Assembly: GCA_964441235.1 (NCBI GenBank)
Contig: CAYTUQ010000002.1
Span: 1,705-65,704, forward strand
Direction: 5' to 3'
Origin: an uncultured bacterium
GTDB lineage: Bacteria > Fidelibacterota > UBA2242
Length of the DNA stretch: 64,000 nucleotides
The notes beneath the pieces were generated by a model. It worked only from the letters and a program-made list of their open reading frames with translations. It ran no database searches and was not told where the DNA came from. Of this stretch, positions 41,525 through 51,721 are shown one piece after another; positions within the stretch are counted from its first letter, which is position 1; every line of letters starts with the position of its first letter. The translations under genes and the position numbers were made by a program.

Positions 41525-41894
41525 AGCATTTAGATGGTTCAAACGAGCTCAAAAAGATATTGAAGATGCAGAATTCCTCTTGAAAGAAAGCCGAACTTTA
41601 GAAAATGTAGCACTCCTTATTCAACAAGCAATTGAAAAATATCTCAAAGGATTCATAATATATCATGATTGGGAATTGGAGAAAATCCATGATTTGATAA
41701 CGCTTATTAACTATGCGAGTAAAATTGACAAATCCTTTGAGAAGTTTGTTCCTTCTCTCAGAATTATCACTAATTTCTATTTTGAAAGCCGCTATCCTAT
41801 TACCTATGAACCAGATTATACAAAAGAAGAAATAAGAGAATCTCTTAAAGAAGCAAAGAAACTTATTGCTCTAATTAAAGAAAAAGTAAAATAA
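41511..41894 (+). CDS. HEPN domain protein (HepT-like toxin)
   Basis: HEPN helical fold with ...ESRYP...Y... signature. Paired with the MNT gene. Confidence 0.6.
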   Translation: MNKNEAFRWFKRAQKDIEDAEFLLKESRTLENVALLIQQAIEKYLKGFIIYHDWELEKIHDLITLINYASKIDKSFEKFVPSLRIITNFYFESRYPITYEPDYTKEEIRESLKEAKKLIALIKEKVK

Positions 41895-42013
41895 TGCTTT
41901 GATTACTTGTTCAATCCCCTGAAGCAACAAGAAGCAAAGCAACTCTTAGAAGAAGCAAAAAGAAAAGTTGAGAAGATAATGGATAGAGAAAGTGATAAAA
42001 ACAGGTAGGAAAA

Positions 42014-43051
42014 ATGTTTAAACCCAAATTTACATACACAAATAAAATTGTAAGGTTGCTTACCAGAATATCTGCAGCGAGAGAGATAATTCTTAATTCG
42101 CCTTTGATCCCGGGGTGGAATGTTACATTAAGGCAGGAAGCAATAATCCACAGTGCTCATTCGTCCACGCGTATTGAGGGAAATAGATTATCATTGGAAC
42201 AAGTAAGCGAATTATCTCTTGGAAGAGAAGTAATGGCGACTCGAAGAGATAAACAGGAAGTTTTGAACTATCTGAATGTGCTAAAAAATATTGATAAGCT
42301 GATAAAAGGAAATTCTATAAGTGAGAAAGATATCTTAAATATTCACCGTATGGTAACAGAAGACACATTAGACAATTCTAATGATTGTGGGGTTTATCGT
42401 AACCGTTATGTTGTGGTTGGAAATAGATTTACAGGGGAGATTTTCTTTAAGCCACCGCAAAATGAGGATGTTCCCGGGTTAATAGAAGATTTGATTGAAT
42501 GGATAAACTCTGAGGAATCAAAATCACTCGAGCCTGTTATTGAAGCGGGTATTGAGCATTATGAATTTGTCAGAATTCATCCTTTTGTTGATGGTAATGG
42601 GAGAACTGCAAGAGTTCTGGCAACTTTGATTCTCTACATGCGAGATTTCGACACAAAACAATTTTTTTGCCTTGATGATTATTACGATTCTGATAGACAA
42701 GCATACTATTTAGCATTACAAAGTGTTAAACAAGACACATTAGACCTGACAAACTGGTTGGAATATTTTGTCGAGGGAGTAAGTGTAAGCACTGAGGCTG
42801 TCAAAGAAAGAGTGATAAGGTTAAGTAGTGAGAGACTGAGAAGATCAAAAGGCGGGCAAATAGCTTTAACCGAAAGACAGATAAGAATTGTGGAATTTAT
42901 TAATAAAAATGGTAAAATAACTAATAGAGATGTACGGGGAATGTTTAAACTTTCGGATGAAGGTGCATTGAGAGAGATTAAAAAACTAATGGTGTTGAAA
43001 GTTATTCAAAGCCAGGGTAAAGGGAGAGGGTTGCATTATGTCCTTAAATAA
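42014..43051 (+). CDS. fic: Fic/DOC family protein with Fic_N and C-terminal wHTH
   Basis: HPFVDGNGRTARV is the Fic motif HPFx[DE]GNGR. N-terminal ...HSSTRIEGN... is a Fic_N motif. Confidence 0.8.
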   Translation: MFKPKFTYTNKIVRLLTRISAAREIILNSPLIPGWNVTLRQEAIIHSAHSSTRIEGNRLSLEQVSELSLGREVMATRRDKQEVLNYLNVLKNIDKLIKGNSISEKDILNIHRMVTEDTLDNSNDCGVYRNRYVVVGNRFTGEIFFKPPQNEDVPGLIEDLIEWINSEESKSLEPVIEAGIEHYEFVRIHPFVDGNGRTARVLATLILYMRDFDTKQFFCLDDYYDSDRQAYYLALQSVKQDTLDLTNWLEYFVEGVSVSTEAVKERVIRLSSERLRRSKGGQIALTERQIRIVEFINKNGKITNRDVRGMFKLSDEGALREIKKLMVLKVIQSQGKGRGLHYVLK

Positions 43052-43123
43052 GGTTGGCGATTAGGTTGGCGATTAGGTTGGCGATTAGGTTGATGATTAG
43101 GTTGATGATTAGGTTGATGATTT
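43052..43123. repeat. 12-bp tandem repeat (GGTTGGCGATTA x3, GGTTGATGATTA x3)
   Basis: Six perfect or near-perfect head-to-tail units, starting one base after the fic stop codon. Confidence 0.85.
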
Positions 43124-43251
43124 GACAATTTTATTTTGTCTAAATTTACCCTACAACGTCATTTGTCGCAGACATCTCTTTGAGATAGCAAATCAGGCAA
43201 ATGCCTGATATAGTTCGTACCATCAACTGTAAATACTACATCCGGTATATT

Positions 43252-43321
43252 TAAGGGGGTGTGATAGAATGAAGTTTTCACTCAGTCAACTTACTAAAGG
43301 TTATATTATCACACCCCCTAA
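43252..43321. mobile_element. 70-bp MITE-like element with TAAGGGGGTGTGATA TIRs
   Basis: taagggggtgtgata ... tatcacaccccctaa. Same TIR as the 6237-6517 element. Confidence 0.45.
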
Positions 43322-43360
43322 ATTTTTATATTACGTAGTAGGGTTAATAGTGGTGTAATA

Positions 43361-44200
43361 ATGAAACGATTATATTTTCAAAGAAATCTTTTTAGAATCC
43401 TTTGCATACTACCAGTTCTTATCTTCTTCTCATTTACTTCTGCTGCTCAGATAGATACTGTCGAAATTAAAAGTGAAGCGATGCAGAAGTCGCCAAAAGC
43501 GGTTGTAGTATTGCCTGAAAAATATTTAAGCAGCGACAGCAATTTCCCCGTACTCTATCTCTTACACGGTTGGAGTGGATGTTATGGGGATTGGAGCAAG
43601 CATATAGATTTGCGTCCTTTAGCGGATGAATACAATTTGATAATTGTCTGTCCTGACGGCGGTTATGCCGGCTGGTATATAGATAGTCCTCTGGTTGAAG
43701 ATTCTCAATATGAAACCTATATTTCCAATGAAGTGGTTGCTTTTGTTGATAAAAATTATAGAACAATTGAAAAGACAGATGGCAGGGTGATTTGTGGTTT
43801 AAGTATGGGTGGGCATGGTGCGATTAGTCTGCTTGCCAAACATCCTGATATTTACTGTGCTGCGGGAAGTATGAGTGGCGTAATGGAATTGACTTCATCA
43901 AGTAAAAAATACGGGCTTACTAATTTGCTTGGTGATTACAGGACGAATAAAAATAAGTGGAGAAAGAATTCTTGTATTAATTTGGCTGGTAAATTAGTTG
44001 GGAAAAATAGAGGAGTTATTATTGATTGCGGTGTAGATGATTTTCTCGTTAAAGGTAATAGGAAAATGCACAAGAAACTTCTGAAATTGAAGATAGAACA
44101 CGATTATTATGAGAGAACGGGGAAACACAGTTGGAGCTATTGGACAAATGCTCTGGAATACCATATTTTATTTTTTAGCAAGTTTTTAAGGCATGAATAG
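43361..44200 (+). CDS. putative esterase (alpha/beta hydrolase, esterase D/S-formylglutathione-hydrolase-like)
   Basis: Signal peptide, VLYLLHGWSG and GLSMGGHGA nucleophile elbow. Confidence 0.6.
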   Translation: MKRLYFQRNLFRILCILPVLIFFSFTSAAQIDTVEIKSEAMQKSPKAVVVLPEKYLSSDSNFPVLYLLHGWSGCYGDWSKHIDLRPLADEYNLIIVCPDGGYAGWYIDSPLVEDSQYETYISNEVVAFVDKNYRTIEKTDGRVICGLSMGGHGAISLLAKHPDIYCAAGSMSGVMELTSSSKKYGLTNLLGDYRTNKNKWRKNSCINLAGKLVGKNRGVIIDCGVDDFLVKGNRKMHKKLLKLKIEHDYYERTGKHSWSYWTNALEYHILFFSKFLRHE

Positions 44201-44265
44201 TAATATGAATCTTTTTATCAGAGAAAAAGGAATCATTTTACTTATAGTTTCAAAATCAGATCAAT

Positions 44266-45306
44266 TTGAGGAATAGTATGAAAGCTATGGTATTGAATGC
44301 TATTTGTGATATAAGGGGAAATAAAACTCCTTTAGAACTTGTAGATATGCCGAAACCAAAGCCTGGTGAAAAAGAGATTTTGATTAAGGTTACTGCATGC
44401 GGTGTATGTCATACAGAATTAGATGAAATTGAAGGGAGAACACCTCCCCCTAAATTCCCGGTGGTTCCTGGACATGAGGTAGTTGGCAAAGTTGAAGAAG
44501 CTGGTAGTCAGGCTAACCGTTTTAAGATTGGAGACAGAGTGGGAGTCGCATGGATATTTTCCTCGTGTGGGAAATGTAAATTCTGCCTATCCGGAAATGA
44601 AAACCTCTGCCCGGACTTTAAAGCAACCGGGAGAGATGCAAACGGAGGTTATGCACAATATATGACGGTACCGGAAGATTTTGCTTATTCTATTCCAGAT
44701 ATTTTCAGTGATACCGAAGCAGCTCCACTTTTATGTGCCGGGGCAATTGGATATCGTTCGTTGAAGTTATCGGGTTTGAAAGATGGACAGAATCTTGGGC
44801 TCACCGGGTTTGGAGCTTCCGCTCACCTGGTATTGAAAATGGTAAAACACAAATATCCTAATACGAATGTCTATGTGTTTGCGAGGAGTGAAAAGGAGCA
44901 GATATTTGCGAGGGAACTTGGAGCAGTATGGGCAAGTGACACAGAAAAAACTTCCCCTGTCAAACTAGATTCTATTATAGATACAACCCCAGTATGGAAA
45001 CCAATAGTCGAAGCGATGAAAAATCTTGAGCCCGGTGGAAGATTGATCATAAATGCAATACGCAAAGAGGAGATAGATAAAGAATATTTACTAAAATTAA
45101 ATTATCCAACACATCTCTGGATGGAAAAAGAGATAAAGAGCGTTGCTAATGTTGCGAGTAACGATGTCAGCGAGTTTATTAAATTGGCTGCTGAAATTCC
45201 AATAAAGCCGGAAGTTCAGGAATATAGCCTTGAGGAAGCCAATAAAGCTCTGCTTGAACTTAAGGAACAAAAAATCAGGGGAGCGAAAGTTTTAAAAATA
45301 GAGTAA
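44266..45306 (+). CDS. zinc-dependent alcohol dehydrogenase (MDR family)
   Basis: GVCHTELD...PGHEVVG catalytic Zn site, a structural Zn Cys cluster (CGKCKFC...C) and a GLTGFGASAH Rossmann motif. Confidence 0.8.
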   Translation: MRNSMKAMVLNAICDIRGNKTPLELVDMPKPKPGEKEILIKVTACGVCHTELDEIEGRTPPPKFPVVPGHEVVGKVEEAGSQANRFKIGDRVGVAWIFSSCGKCKFCLSGNENLCPDFKATGRDANGGYAQYMTVPEDFAYSIPDIFSDTEAAPLLCAGAIGYRSLKLSGLKDGQNLGLTGFGASAHLVLKMVKHKYPNTNVYVFARSEKEQIFARELGAVWASDTEKTSPVKLDSIIDTTPVWKPIVEAMKNLEPGGRLIINAIRKEEIDKEYLLKLNYPTHLWMEKEIKSVANVASNDVSEFIKLAAEIPIKPEVQEYSLEEANKALLELKEQKIRGAKVLKIE

Positions 45307-45394
45307 ACAATTGATTAAAACAGTATGATTTGTTAAAATGAATGCGAATGATCACGGCTCAAGTTGAAAATATTAGTCAGGGGAGATATAAGAA

Positions 45395-46417
45395 ATGAAT
45401 TACACAAAAACACTGCAGGGAAAACATCTAATTACAACACAGGATTGGGGAAAAGTAGAATTAGATATTGTCCTTGGACTTGCAAAGGAAATGAAAAAAA
45501 ATCGTTTCCATCACCCGTTAAACAAATCCCTGGAGAATAAAAGTTTCTTTATGTTTTTTTACAATCCATCAGTAAGGACCCGGCAATCATTTGAAGTTGC
45601 AGCTACAGAGTTGGGTGGGCATGCTCTGTTTCTGGAGCCTAAATCCATGAGGCTTAAAACAGCAACGACCGCGGGAGAAACAATTGAAGATGCTGCTAAG
45701 GTAATGTCAAGATATGCTTGCGGTTTGGGCATAAGAATACTTGAAGATAAAATTCCACATTATGGGGCTGGAGAAGAGCTGGTTCGTGAATATGCTAAAT
45801 ATTCGACTATCCCAATTGTATCTATGGCACATGATAAATACCACCCATGTCAGGGATTAGCAGACATTATGGGGATTCAGGAGCATTTAGGCGAACTTAA
45901 AGGGAAAAAAACTTTATTAACATGGGGATGCAGTGCTCTTGCCCGGTCATGGTGTTCTGTTCAGGAGTATTTATTGATTGCTTCGCGATATGGTATGTCT
46001 GTTAACCTTGCTTTCCCTGAGAGTTATGATTTGGATCCGGAAATAATTGAGCAGGCGAAAAAGAATTGTGAGCAGAATTCTCAGGAATTTAATATCACAA
46101 ATGATGTGAAAGAGGGATATGAGGACGTTGATGTTGTCTATTCCAGAAACTGGATGAGTCCGCAGGCGTATAGAGACAACAAGTTGCATAAGGATGAGGA
46201 GATTGAAAAAGCATTACAGTTCAATGAATGGATATTTGATGCGGAGAAAATGAGATTAACAAATGATGCGTTATTTATTCATCCGATGCCTATTGATAGG
46301 GAAAATGAAGTTACAGATGAGATAGCATCAGGTTCACGTTCTATCATATATGATGTTGCCGAAAACAGACTTCATGTTCAAAAGGCGGTAATGGCGTTGA
46401 CAATGGGTGAATTCTAA
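45395..46417 (+). CDS. aspartate/ornithine carbamoyltransferase family protein (OTCase/YgeW-type)
   Basis: STRTRQSFE carbamoyl-phosphate-binding motif, HPCQGLAD and a C-terminal HPMP-like motif. Confidence 0.75.
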   Translation: MNYTKTLQGKHLITTQDWGKVELDIVLGLAKEMKKNRFHHPLNKSLENKSFFMFFYNPSVRTRQSFEVAATELGGHALFLEPKSMRLKTATTAGETIEDAAKVMSRYACGLGIRILEDKIPHYGAGEELVREYAKYSTIPIVSMAHDKYHPCQGLADIMGIQEHLGELKGKKTLLTWGCSALARSWCSVQEYLLIASRYGMSVNLAFPESYDLDPEIIEQAKKNCEQNSQEFNITNDVKEGYEDVDVVYSRNWMSPQAYRDNKLHKDEEIEKALQFNEWIFDAEKMRLTNDALFIHPMPIDRENEVTDEIASGSRSIIYDVAENRLHVQKAVMALTMGEF

Positions 46418-46447
46418 TCAGTGTTCGCAAGGTTTAAGGAGAGTAGT

Positions 46448-47530
46448 ATGGGAATTAAGAGAATTAGAATATTTGCATTAGGTGGAAATGAAGTATCCCC
46501 AATTGATATTAAAGATAAAAATGGAAGTTCTGTAAGAGCTGATATCCCAATGCAGTGGCAACGGACAGCGGATACATGTAAAGAAATAGCCAATATTATT
46601 GAGGAGTTCCCGGAAGATTCCTTTATAATAACACATGGGAACGGTCCACAGGTAGGGAATATTTTGTTAAGAGCCGAACACTCTTTGGATATATTACCAC
46701 CTTTGCCTTTAGATGTATGCGGAGCTGATAGTCAGGGTGCAATTGGTTATATGATTGGTCAGCTTTTGAATAATGAATTAAGAACGAGAAATATCAAAAG
46801 GAACGTTGATACTATTATAACACAGGTAGTCGTTGATAGAAACGACCCTAATTTTAAAAATCAGACCAAATTTATCGGACCTGCCTTTACGAAAGAAGAG
46901 GCGCTGGAGAGAAAAGAAAAAGCAGGTTGGATTGTGAAACTTTACAAAAAAGACCCTGAGGGATATGAGATATGGCGGAGAGTCGTACCTTCTCCTCAAC
47001 CCATAGATATTGTTGAACTTGATCTGGTTCAATCTACTTTGGAAAAAGGGATTATACCTATTACAGTTGGTGGCGGTGGTATCCCGGTTATAGAAGTTGA
47101 GGCAGATAATAGAGGAGTTTACAAATGTAATTATAACATAAAGTATCAAAATGAAAGAGATTTGAAAATTTTCACCGGTGTTGAAGTTGTTATTGATAAA
47201 GACCTTGCATCCGCACTTCTTGGAGTATTATTAATACAAAGATATAAAAGATATGGCGAGTGTGTTGAGGTAATGTTGACGATTTTCACGGCCGAAGATG
47301 GAGCTAAACTATATTATCAGAAACCAGATCAGAGTGATTTAAGAATTGTAACACTCGACGAGATAAAAGAGTATTATAATGCTGGACATTTTCCGCCAGG
47401 TAGTATGGGCCCCAAAATCAAAGCCATTATTAATTTTATGGAGGGTGGCGGTGAGAGAGCCTATATTTCACTTACTAAGAAATATAAAAAAACAATTAGA
47501 GGTGAAGCGGGAACTACTATTGTCAAGTAA
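46448..47530 (+). CDS. arcC: carbamate kinase (with internal insertion)
   Basis: ITHGNGPQVGN, VVPSPQPIDI, GGGGIPV, DKDLAS and AGHFPPGSMGPKI all match carbamate kinase. An RBS AAGGAG precedes ATG 46448. Confidence 0.75.
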   Translation: MGIKRIRIFALGGNEVSPIDIKDKNGSSVRADIPMQWQRTADTCKEIANIIEEFPEDSFIITHGNGPQVGNILLRAEHSLDILPPLPLDVCGADSQGAIGYMIGQLLNNELRTRNIKRNVDTIITQVVVDRNDPNFKNQTKFIGPAFTKEEALERKEKAGWIVKLYKKDPEGYEIWRRVVPSPQPIDIVELDLVQSTLEKGIIPITVGGGGIPVIEVEADNRGVYKCNYNIKYQNERDLKIFTGVEVVIDKDLASALLGVLLIQRYKRYGECVEVMLTIFTAEDGAKLYYQKPDQSDLRIVTLDEIKEYYNAGHFPPGSMGPKIKAIINFMEGGGERAYISLTKKYKKTIRGEAGTTIVK

Positions 47531-47585
47531 CAATGATTTATAAATTGAAAAAGAATATTAACAAATAGAAAATAGGAGGATCAAA

Positions 47586-48662
47586 ATGAGATCAAATAAA
47601 TTTTTAGGGAAAGATTGGATTGATGCCGAATTGGATTTTACAAAAGAGGAATGGGAAACATTAATTGACGTGGCGCTTTATTTAAAACGCCGTCACGCCA
47701 TGAATGAAGATCAAAGCAATATTCTAAAAGGTAAAACTTTATTTACGATGTTTTTCAATCAATCACTGAGAACTCGCAGTACTTTTGCAGTGGGGATTCA
47801 GCAGTTGGGCGGTATTCACGTGGATTTAGAACCTGGAAAAACATATACTCCGGCAAGGAAAGGTTTTGATATTCCATATAAAACCGAGAGAATTTCTGAT
47901 GTAGCGAGAATGTTAAGCAGAGTTGGTGATGCTATAGCTATTCGTATGTATGGTCCGCCGGCTTACTGGATATACGGATTTGCAAATGCTACGGTAAAAG
48001 AGTTTGCGGAATATGCTGGAATTCCTATCATTAATATGGAATGTGATAAATACCATCCGACACAAGCCCTTGCAGATCTCATTACTATTAAAGAAAAATT
48101 CGGTACGTTTAAGGCTGTGAATCTTACAATGTCCTGGGCATATTCGGGCTCTATCGAAAAACCGAGAGCTGTACCTCAAAGCGTCATACTTGCTGCAACT
48201 AAAATGGGAATGAATGTAACTTTAGCACATCCTGAAGGGTTTGAATTAGACCCTGAAGTCAACAAGGCATGTCAGAAGTTTTCAGAACAGACAAATGGTT
48301 CATTCAAGATAACCAATGATTTTGAGGAAGGTTTTAAAGGTGCAGATGTTGTATATCCTAAATCCTGGGGCGCCGCTTCCTGCTTTAATTATACGGATGA
48401 AAAAGGCAATACTATTAAGAAACAAGATCATGAGGAAGCGGAAAGATTGAACAATGCCAGTAAAAATTGGATGACTACAGAGAAACAGATGCGATTAGTT
48501 AATAAAAATGGTGTCTATATGCACTGTCTCCCGGCAGATAGAGGACAGGAAGTGACTGACGAAGTGATTGACGGACCCAATTCTGTTGTTATTGATGAAG
48601 CGGAGAACAGACTGCACGCTCACAAGGCTATTATGGCGATGATCATGGGGGGAAGGCTGTAG
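47586..48662 (+). CDS. second carbamoyltransferase (OTCase/YgeW-type paralog)
   Basis: SLRTRSTF, HPTQALADL and C-terminal HCLPA motifs. Confidence 0.75.
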   Translation: MRSNKFLGKDWIDAELDFTKEEWETLIDVALYLKRRHAMNEDQSNILKGKTLFTMFFNQSLRTRSTFAVGIQQLGGIHVDLEPGKTYTPARKGFDIPYKTERISDVARMLSRVGDAIAIRMYGPPAYWIYGFANATVKEFAEYAGIPIINMECDKYHPTQALADLITIKEKFGTFKAVNLTMSWAYSGSIEKPRAVPQSVILAATKMGMNVTLAHPEGFELDPEVNKACQKFSEQTNGSFKITNDFEEGFKGADVVYPKSWGAASCFNYTDEKGNTIKKQDHEEAERLNNASKNWMTTEKQMRLVNKNGVYMHCLPADRGQEVTDEVIDGPNSVVIDEAENRLHAHKAIMAMIMGGRL

Positions 48663-49004
48663 GATTGTAGATTGTGATTAGAGATTTTCGATTTGAAATA
48701 CAGAAGACTGAAATTAGACAAATATGGTTATTTCATTGTAGAGCACAACTTACATAACCACAGCGGTGAATTGTCGCAGATTGCACCTGGATCATTCAAG
48801 TTAAGCCCAACAAGTTATTCTCATTGTATTCTACCAGACCCGTTTGTTTTGAAAAACGGTCAAACAATTTACAAGCCAAAGGATTGGTGATGCAGGTTTC
48901 GATTGTTAAATATTCAGAGTTTGCGAATGTCTATCTTCAGTTGTATTTTGTTTTAATGAACTATTTCCAGAATCTCGTTAATTTCATTAACATAGAAGGA
49001 TTAT

Positions 49005-50213
49005 ATGAAGTTTTATTACAAATGTATCGATTGTGATGCTGAATATTCATCGGATAAGATCCTTTACCTTTGTCCAAAATGTGAGAAAGAGCAAATATCC
49101 GGCGAATTTCAAAAAGGTGTTCTCCGGACTAAGTTGGATGAAGATTATCTCAAATCACTTCAACGAAAATTTGAAATCAGTCCCGATGACTTCTCTGTTT
49201 ATAAAATTCCACATTCTGAATCCTATCCGGTTGGGGGTACACCGTTTATTTCACCAATACGTTTGAGACAGAAAACCGGGTTTAAATATCTTTATTTTAA
49301 GAATGACAGTACAAATCCATCCGGTTCTTTGAAAGACAGAGCGTCACGGCTCGTAGCAGCGCAGGCAATTTACCACAAAGAAAAAACCGTAACCCTTGCA
49401 TCAACGGGCAATGCAGGCTCAGCCATGGCTTGTGCCGGTGCTGCTTATGGATTAGATATTGTGCTTTTTGTACCGGAGAGTGCTCCGAAAGCAAAATTGA
49501 TTCAATCACTGTTATATGGTGCTAAAGTAATACCGATAAAAGGCACTTATGATGATGCATTTCGGCTTTCGATAGAATTTACAAATATGTATGGTGGAAT
49601 AAACCGAAATACTGCCTATAATCCGCTGACAATAGAGGGCAAAAAAACGGTATCGGTTGAAATTTACAATCAATTAAATAAAACTGCTCCTGATATTGTC
49701 TATTTACCAGTTGGTGACGGCGTAATATATTCCGGTGTGTATAAAGGATTTTCGGATTTACAAGAGGCAGGACTTATTGAAAATATACCTCAAATTGTAG
49801 GTGTTCAATCAGTAGGAAGCAATGCGATTTCCAGGGCATTTCATACTGGGAAAATGAAAGCGCTCGAATCTGCGAACACAATAGCGGATTCGATTTCCGT
49901 CGCCTCACCTGCGTGTGGTAGAATGGCGGTTAAATATTTAAAGAGTTGTAAGGGTTGGATGACTGAAGTTACAGATGACGAAATTTCCAAAGCGCAATTG
50001 CAGCTCTGCCGCGATTCGGGAATCTTCGTAGAGCCAGCTGCTGCTGCATCGTGGGCTGGATTTTTAAAAGACAGCGACAAACTGGATAAAGATAAAACAA
50101 TTGTTATTCTTTTGACGGGAACTGGTTTAAAAGATATGAAAGCGGTGGAAGATATTGTGTCAATTCCTGATTCAATTAAGCCCGAATTAAAAGAGGTTGA
50201 AAAGTTATTTTGA
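49005..50213 (+). CDS. fold-type II PLP enzyme, threonine-synthase-like, with N-terminal zinc ribbon
   Basis: CIDC...CPKC ribbon. The NPSGSLKDRAS PLP-lysine motif and the Gly-rich loop GNAGSAMA. Confidence 0.6.
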   Translation: MKFYYKCIDCDAEYSSDKILYLCPKCEKEQISGEFQKGVLRTKLDEDYLKSLQRKFEISPDDFSVYKIPHSESYPVGGTPFISPIRLRQKTGFKYLYFKNDSTNPSGSLKDRASRLVAAQAIYHKEKTVTLASTGNAGSAMACAGAAYGLDIVLFVPESAPKAKLIQSLLYGAKVIPIKGTYDDAFRLSIEFTNMYGGINRNTAYNPLTIEGKKTVSVEIYNQLNKTAPDIVYLPVGDGVIYSGVYKGFSDLQEAGLIENIPQIVGVQSVGSNAISRAFHTGKMKALESANTIADSISVASPACGRMAVKYLKSCKGWMTEVTDDEISKAQLQLCRDSGIFVEPAAAASWAGFLKDSDKLDKDKTIVILLTGTGLKDMKAVEDIVSIPDSIKPELKEVEKLF

Positions 50214-50782
50214 ATATCGAAGCGATTGTACTTGCAGCCGGCAAATCAAGCAGGATGACTGGATTTAAACCGTTACTCCTATATGGAAATTCCACGATCA
50301 TTGAAACTGTCATAGAAAGTGCGCTTTCCGTCGCAGAAAGGGCAATTGTTGTTGTAGGATATTATAGCGATAGAATACTGAATTTAAAAAATTGGGATGA
50401 CAGAATCCTATTTGTAAAAAACCCAAATCCCGAATTCGGGATGTTTTCTTCAGTAAAGATTGGCGTAAAAGAAATTACAACCCCGAGATTTTTTATAGTC
50501 TTAGGTGATCAGCCGCAGGTCTCAAAGAAAGTTTATAAACAGTTGTTAGAAGTCACTGATGCCGATGTAGTTTCGCCAAGGTATAAAGAAATATCCGGTC
50601 ATCCGGTACTATTGTCAGAAGCCGTAAGGATACGTATTTTGCAAGCAGATGAAAAAGATAGTTCAGTTACTTTAAGGACCATTTTATCAGAATTTAAGCA
50701 CAAATATATAGAAGTAAATGATGAATGGATTTTGTGGAATATTAATACCGATGATCAATACCGGGAAATATTAAAAAAATAG
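50210..50782 (+). CDS. MobA-like nucleotidyltransferase (molybdenum cofactor cytidylyl/guanylyltransferase, MocA-like)
   Basis: IVLAAGKSSRMTGFKPLL N-terminal signature. Its start overlaps the upstream stop. Confidence 0.6.
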   Translation: MNIEAIVLAAGKSSRMTGFKPLLLYGNSTIIETVIESALSVAERAIVVVGYYSDRILNLKNWDDRILFVKNPNPEFGMFSSVKIGVKEITTPRFFIVLGDQPQVSKKVYKQLLEVTDADVVSPRYKEISGHPVLLSEAVRIRILQADEKDSSVTLRTILSEFKHKYIEVNDEWILWNINTDDQYREILKK

Positions 50783-50857
50783 ATATAGGCAGTTGATATT
50801 GCCGATTTTCTATTTTTGGGTAAATTCTAAACAATAAGGAGGTTATTAAAGGGAATT

Positions 50858-51655
50858 GTGGACATTTTTAAAGAAATCACTGCTATCAGAAATTCCGGAA
50901 CTCCTTGTGTTCTTGTCACAGTTATTAAAACAATAGGTGCTTCACCAGGGAAAAAATCCTTCAAAATGATTGTTCTGCCCGATGGGAAGACATTTGGAAC
51001 CGTTGGAGGAGGTGATGTTGAACAAATGGCTTTGCAAGAAGCTCTTAAAGTCCTGAAGAGTGAAATTTCCGGATTAAAGGAATATGACCTTGATAAACTT
51101 CAGATGGAGTGCGGCGGAAGTATTTCGCTGTTTTACGATTTCATTCCACCAGAACGCCAATTGTTAATCTTTGGTGGAGGACACGTAGGACAGGCGCTTT
51201 ATAGGATTGCGAGGAATGTTTCATTTTATACGAGAGTTTATGACGATAGAGAAAGTTTGAAATCAAATTTTGACGCACAAGATTTTGTTCTTTGTAATTT
51301 TGAAAATCTGCCAGTGGAAATGTTTCCTGTTTCAAATTCTTATGTGGCTATTATGACCTATAATCACAAATACGATTATACAGTTTTAAAACAAGTTTTG
51401 AAATGCGGGGAGTCTTTTAAATATATTGGCTTAATTGGATCAAATAAAAAAGTCGAGGCTACTCATAAAAAGTTGCTTAAGGAGGGAATTAATATACCTG
51501 ATAATCTATATGCGCCAATTGGATTGGATATCGGAGCAAAAACCGCTGAAGAAATAGCAGTAGCAATAATGGGAGAAATCATCGGCGTAGCAAATAAAAA
51601 AGAAGTTGATTCTATGAGGAAATCAATTACCCACAAAACACACGAAAAACACTAA
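50858..51655 (+). CDS. xdhC: XdhC/CoxI family molybdo-enzyme maturation protein
   Basis: XdhC_CoxI N-domain and Rossmann-like C-domain (LLIFGGGHVGQAL). Confidence 0.7.
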   Translation: MDIFKEITAIRNSGTPCVLVTVIKTIGASPGKKSFKMIVLPDGKTFGTVGGGDVEQMALQEALKVLKSEISGLKEYDLDKLQMECGGSISLFYDFIPPERQLLIFGGGHVGQALYRIARNVSFYTRVYDDRESLKSNFDAQDFVLCNFENLPVEMFPVSNSYVAIMTYNHKYDYTVLKQVLKCGESFKYIGLIGSNKKVEATHKKLLKEGINIPDNLYAPIGLDIGAKTAEEIAVAIMGEIIGVANKKEVDSMRKSITHKTHEKH

Positions 51656-51721
51656 TAGTATTTGTAGAAAGATTTTACCATTTTAGAGTGTTTCGTGGGA
51701 AAAGAGAAAGTTGTTATTTAA

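Noticed and set aside
43052-43123. Possible CRISPR array (also considered for 54550-54635)
   Set aside because: The units are 12 and 7 bp, directly abutting with no spacers. No cas genes are present. They are simple tandem repeats.
30300-43330. hsdR restriction subunit somewhere in the island
   Set aside because: No ORF over 700 aa with helicase or DEAD motifs exists on either strand between 30 and 44 kb. The only nuclease-like pieces are the HsdR_N-like N-terminus of HsdM and the 93-aa PD-(D/E)xK-like protein.
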